Source: Myxococcales bacterium (lineage in GTDB: Bacteria; Myxococcota_A; Polyangia; Polyangiales; DASUME01). From it: a stretch of DNA of 64,000 bases. The stretch covers positions 5,856,001 through 5,920,000 of the forward strand of contig JASGJH010000001.1 in assembly GCA_047601445.1 (NCBI GenBank). The letters are read 5' to 3'. The notes below the pieces were generated by a model that saw only the letters and a program-made list of their open reading frames with translations, made no database searches and was not told the DNA's origin. Within the stretch, counting starts at the first letter, position 1. Each line of letters starts with the position of its first letter. A program made the translations under genes and the position numbers. Shown here one piece after another: positions 60,607 to 64,000 of the stretch.

Positions 60607-61635
60607 TCAGTTGCCCTTTTCCAGCAGATCGGTGAGCAGATTGGCCGCACAGCTGACCAGCGGAATTACCTTCTGGTAGTCGATGCGCGTGGGCCCGATG
60701 ACCGCCAGGGTGCCCGTCCCGCGCCCCAGCTGGCCGTAGGTGGCGCTGATCAGGCTCAGGTCCTGACCGTCCAGCAGCTGCGTTTCGGCGCCGATGAGCA
60801 CCTGGACGCCACCCGATGCCATGGTGCGGTCCAGGAGCTCCAGCAGGCGCTCGCGCTCGCCCAGGGCCGACAGCACGCTGCGCATCTTGTCCACACTGGC
60901 GAAGTCCGGCTGGCCGAGCAGGCGCTGCTGACCCTCGATGAGGACCTCACGGGAGCTGGTGGCGGCGCTGGCGGTGGCCTCCACCATGGCCGAGGCGCGC
61001 GCGGCCAGGGCGCTGCGCTCGGTCTCCGCGGCACGGGCCACCAGTGCGCGCAGCTCGCTCAGGGTGCGCTGGCCCAGCAGGGATTCGAGGTAGTTGTGCA
61101 GGCGCTCGAGCTCCGGGGCATCGGGCTCGTGCTCCACGTTGACCACGCGGTTCTCGATGGCGCCGGAGCGCGTGACCACCACGGCCAGGAGCTGCCCGGG
61201 GCGCAGACGAATCCAGCGCAACTGGGCCACGTGCTGGTCGGTGGCGGGCGGCGTGTGCACCACGGCCGCCGCTCCCGTGAGATGGGAGAGCAAGCGGCCT
61301 GTCTCGCGAGGCAGGTCGTCCACTCCCGGTGTCAGCCGCGAGAGGCGTTCGAACAGCATATTGCGATCGCCCGGCTGGACCTCGCGCACCCGCACCAGGG
61401 CGTCGACGAAGCAGCGGAAACCACGGTCGGTGGGGATGCGACCCGCGCTGGTGTGGGGCTGGGCCAGGTAGCCGGACTCCTCGAGGTCCGCGAGCTCGTT
61501 GCGAATGGTCGCAGGCGAGACGTCGAGCCCGTATCGACGGGCTAGCTTGCGCGAACCGACCGGCTCCCCCGTGGCGATGTATTCCGTCACGACTGCATAG
61601 AGGATCCGGCGAGAGCGAAAACCGAGCTCCTGCAT
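60607..61635 (-). CDS. hrcA: Heat-inducible transcription repressor HrcA
   Basis: YIATGEPVGS, SPATIRNE, QPHTSAGRIPT, VIGPTRIDY. Confidence 0.97.
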   Translation of the reverse strand: MQELGFRSRRILYAVVTEYIATGEPVGSRKLARRYGLDVSPATIRNELADLEESGYLAQPHTSAGRIPTDRGFRCFVDALVRVREVQPGDRNMLFERLSRLTPGVDDLPRETGRLLSHLTGAAAVVHTPPATDQHVAQLRWIRLRPGQLLAVVVTRSGAIENRVVNVEHEPDAPELERLHNYLESLLGQRTLSELRALVARAAETERSALAARASAMVEATASAATSSREVLIEGQQRLLGQPDFASVDKMRSVLSALGERERLLELLDRTMASGGVQVLIGAETQLLDGQDLSLISATYGQLGRGTGTLAVIGPTRIDYQKVIPLVSCAANLLTDLLEKGN

Positions 61636-61744
61636 CAGAACTCCTTCTAGCTAGGCCCCTACCGAGCCACGTGTCAAGGGCGAGTCAAGTGCGATAGGAC
61701 GAAATGCCCGCCAAGGTAGGTTCGAGGAACACCCGCGCCGCCCC

Positions 61745-62716
61745 CTATTTGGCCAAGACCCGCGCCAGTTCCACCAAGGCCAGGTCGAGCGGCTTGGTGC
61801 GACCCGCCACTTCGCTCAATGGCGTGTGCGCAATTTCCCCGTGGACGAGTCCGCACAGCACGCCAGACAGGCCCGACTCGAGGGCTGCCACGGCGGCGGT
61901 GCCGAGGCGCGTGGCCAGAATGCGATCGGCGGCGTTGGGCTGGGCGCCGCGGACCACGTGGCCGAGGGTCGTGGCCCGCAAGTCGAACCCGATCATCTCG
62001 CGGTTCTCTTCGAAGTGCTTGAGGATGGCGGCGGTGCCGTTCTTGGCGCCCTCGGCGCAGACGACGATCGCGTGGGTCTTGCCGCGCTGATAGGCGGCGC
62101 GCAGACGTTCGGCCACCTCCTCGGGGGTCACTTCGTTCTCGGGCGAGCTGATTACCTCGGCGCCACCCGCCAGGCCGGCCATCAAGGCGAGGTAGCCGCA
62201 GTCACGACCCATGGTCTCCACGAGGAAGGCGCGCTGATGCGACGAGCCCGTGGTGCGCAGGCGATCGATCGCCTCCAGGGTCACGTTGATGGCGGTGTCG
62301 CAGCCGATGGTGATGTCCGTTCCGAGCAGGTCGTTGTCGATGGTGGAGGCCACGCCCACGACTGGGAAGCCCATCGCGCTCAACGCGGCGGCCCCACTTT
62401 GGGAGCCATTGCCGCCGATCACCACCAAAGCCTCGACGCCGCGTTGCGCCAGGTTACGCAGCGCCTTGAGGCGGCCGGACTGCTCCCGGAACTCCTTGCA
62501 ACGCGCGCTGCCGAGGAACGTTCCGCCCTTTTGAATGATGCCGCCGACGTCGCGGGCTCTGAGGGGCTCGAGAGCGTCGTCTACCAAGCCCTGAAACCCG
62601 TACCGTACCCCGACGACTTCACTGCCTCGATCCAGGGCACTTCGTGTCACCGCGCGGATGGCCGCGTTCATGCCCGGGGCGTCGCCGCCACTCGTCAGGA
62701 CTGCGATACGATGCAT
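61745..62716 (-). CDS. pfkA: ATP-dependent 6-phosphofructokinase
   Basis: IAVLTSGGDAPGMNAAIR, GGTFLGSAR, TIDND, ETMGRDCG. Confidence 0.96.
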   Translation of the reverse strand: MHRIAVLTSGGDAPGMNAAIRAVTRSALDRGSEVVGVRYGFQGLVDDALEPLRARDVGGIIQKGGTFLGSARCKEFREQSGRLKALRNLAQRGVEALVVIGGNGSQSGAAALSAMGFPVVGVASTIDNDLLGTDITIGCDTAINVTLEAIDRLRTTGSSHQRAFLVETMGRDCGYLALMAGLAGGAEVISSPENEVTPEEVAERLRAAYQRGKTHAIVVCAEGAKNGTAAILKHFEENREMIGFDLRATTLGHVVRGAQPNAADRILATRLGTAAVAALESGLSGVLCGLVHGEIAHTPLSEVAGRTKPLDLALVELARVLAK

Positions 62717-63004
62717 AGGCTCATAGCGTAGTGGCTCCCTACCGGGATCGTCCATTGACTGGCGTACGAGTGCGCGCGGAAAGTGCACGAATGCGAGCAG
62801 TCCGAGCGCGGGAATCTGCGCCGCCGCCGCGCTCGTCGCTCGCGCGGAGCGCCCTTCGCCAGTGGCTAGCCTGCCGCCGAGTGGCCACGAAGCATGCGCG
62901 CGAAGTCACTGCGGTAGACGTCTTGTTTCACTCTGTGTGCAGAGCTCCACCAGCCAGCGCGAATCGCCTTGCGCAATGGGGGTTTCCTGGTCAGCACTGG
63001 CGAA

Positions 63005-64000
63005 GTGACGAGCCGCCGCGTGCCTGAACCCGATTCCGCTTCCCCCGCGTCTGGCGGCGCGTTGCGTGAGGGAACGCGTGAACCGGGCAGCGAACCCTCG
63101 CGCACGCGCGAACCGAGCGGCAGTCTGGATCCGCTGGGCCGCCTGTGGGAGCTCAGGCGTTCCGCACCACTCACCAACGGCGACGTGGCGGCAGCACTGG
63201 TCGAGTTGACCGCGCTGGCCGCCGAGGTGTTGGGCGTGGCGAGCGTGCGCATCTGGCACTTGAGTGCCGACGGGCGGCGCTTGGAGTGCATCCACTTCTA
63301 CCACTTGCTCAGTCGCAACCACGGGCGCGGCGGCACACTCGACGTGACCCAGCACGCCCGCTACGTGGACGCGCTACGGCTCGATGGCCGCATCGGCGTG
63401 GCCGACGTGCGGCGCGACCCGCGCGCGCGTGAGCTCTCCGATTCCGAAGTAGAGGCCCGACTCGACGTGGCGGTGCGTCTGCGCGGTCAGTTCGTGGGTG
63501 TGGTGTCCTGTGAACACGCCGGCGGTCCCAGGATGTTTCGACTGTGGGAGGAGCTCTTCGTCGGCTCGCTCTCGGACTACGTGGCCATGGTGCTGCAGGT
63601 ACGAGAACAGCTGCGCGCGGAGGCTTTTCTCGCCGACCAACGCGTGCAGGTGGACGACTTGTTGGAGTCGCGCACGAGCGCGGTGGTGCGCGAGAACGCC
63701 GACCTGCAGCGTGAGGTGGACGCTCTCCAGCTCGCGGCCGAGACCATTCGCAAGTCCGAAGACGAGCGGCGCCGACTGTTCGCGGCTTCCCCGGTGCCCA
63801 TGTTGCTCGTGCGCAAGCGCGACCAGGTGGTGTTGCTCGCCAACGATCGTTGCGCCGCGGCCCTGCGCTGCAAGCTGAGCGACTTCGACAAGCGGCGGGT
63901 GAACGAGCTGTTCGTGCATCAGTCGGACTTCGGGGACACGCTCTCCACGCTCGAGCGGGGCGGCGAAGTGGACGCCCTCGAGATCCAGCTGTGCGCCGCC
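63005..64000 (+). CDS. Partial GAF + coiled-coil + PAS sensor protein, running off the window edge
   Basis: Open frame absent from the track (no stop in window): LGVASVRIWHLSADGRRLEC, VADVRRDPRAREL, FVGVVSCEH, then LFAASPVPML PAS start; start uncertain. Confidence 0.8.
   Translation, partial: MTSRRVPEPDSASPASGGALREGTREPGSEPSRTREPSGSLDPLGRLWELRRSAPLTNGDVAAALVELTALAAEVLGVASVRIWHLSADGRRLECIHFYHLLSRNHGRGGTLDVTQHARYVDALRLDGRIGVADVRRDPRARELSDSEVEARLDVAVRLRGQFVGVVSCEHAGGPRMFRLWEELFVGSLSDYVAMVLQVREQLRAEAFLADQRVQVDDLLESRTSAVVRENADLQREVDALQLAAETIRKSEDERRRLFAASPVPMLLVRKRDQVVLLANDRCAAALRCKLSDFDKRRVNELFVHQSDFGDTLSTLERGGEVDALEIQLCAA

Overview
High-GC bacterial chromosome segment, most consistent with a myxobacterium (Polyangia-like). 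Supporting traits are Hanks-type Ser/Thr kinases, TPR-PEGA proteins, Cys-rich and Gly-Asp-repeat lipoproteins, and an hrcA-grpE-dnaK operon with a short DnaK. In order, the window holds: a hybrid PAS histidine kinase; a complete kdpFABC-DE locus with an extra upstream micro-ORF and a divergent stand-alone four-helix-bundle lipoprotein; an STK/TPR-PEGA/Cys-rich lipoprotein operon; a VWA lipoprotein; a kinase-NTPase; a TetR-RND efflux unit; a lipid/redox block (BVMO, Crp/Fnr, two TetRs, MBL-fold protein, two SDRs) interrupted by a tandem paralog pair and a Cys-motif-free rpsD paralog with a Fur/Zur-like box; a sigma54-driven NrtABCD-like ABC transporter with a putative OM barrel, a tandem-GAF protein and a NifA-like activator; an RCC1-repeat lipoprotein; YceI; a YiiX-like amidase; an apparently inactive lipase; a DUF4349-like pair; dnaK (1-nt frameshift near the 3' end), grpE, hrcA, pfkA; and a partial GAF-PAS gene. 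No rRNA, tRNA, CRISPR array or transposase was seen. All calls are from motif reading by eye; no database searches were run.
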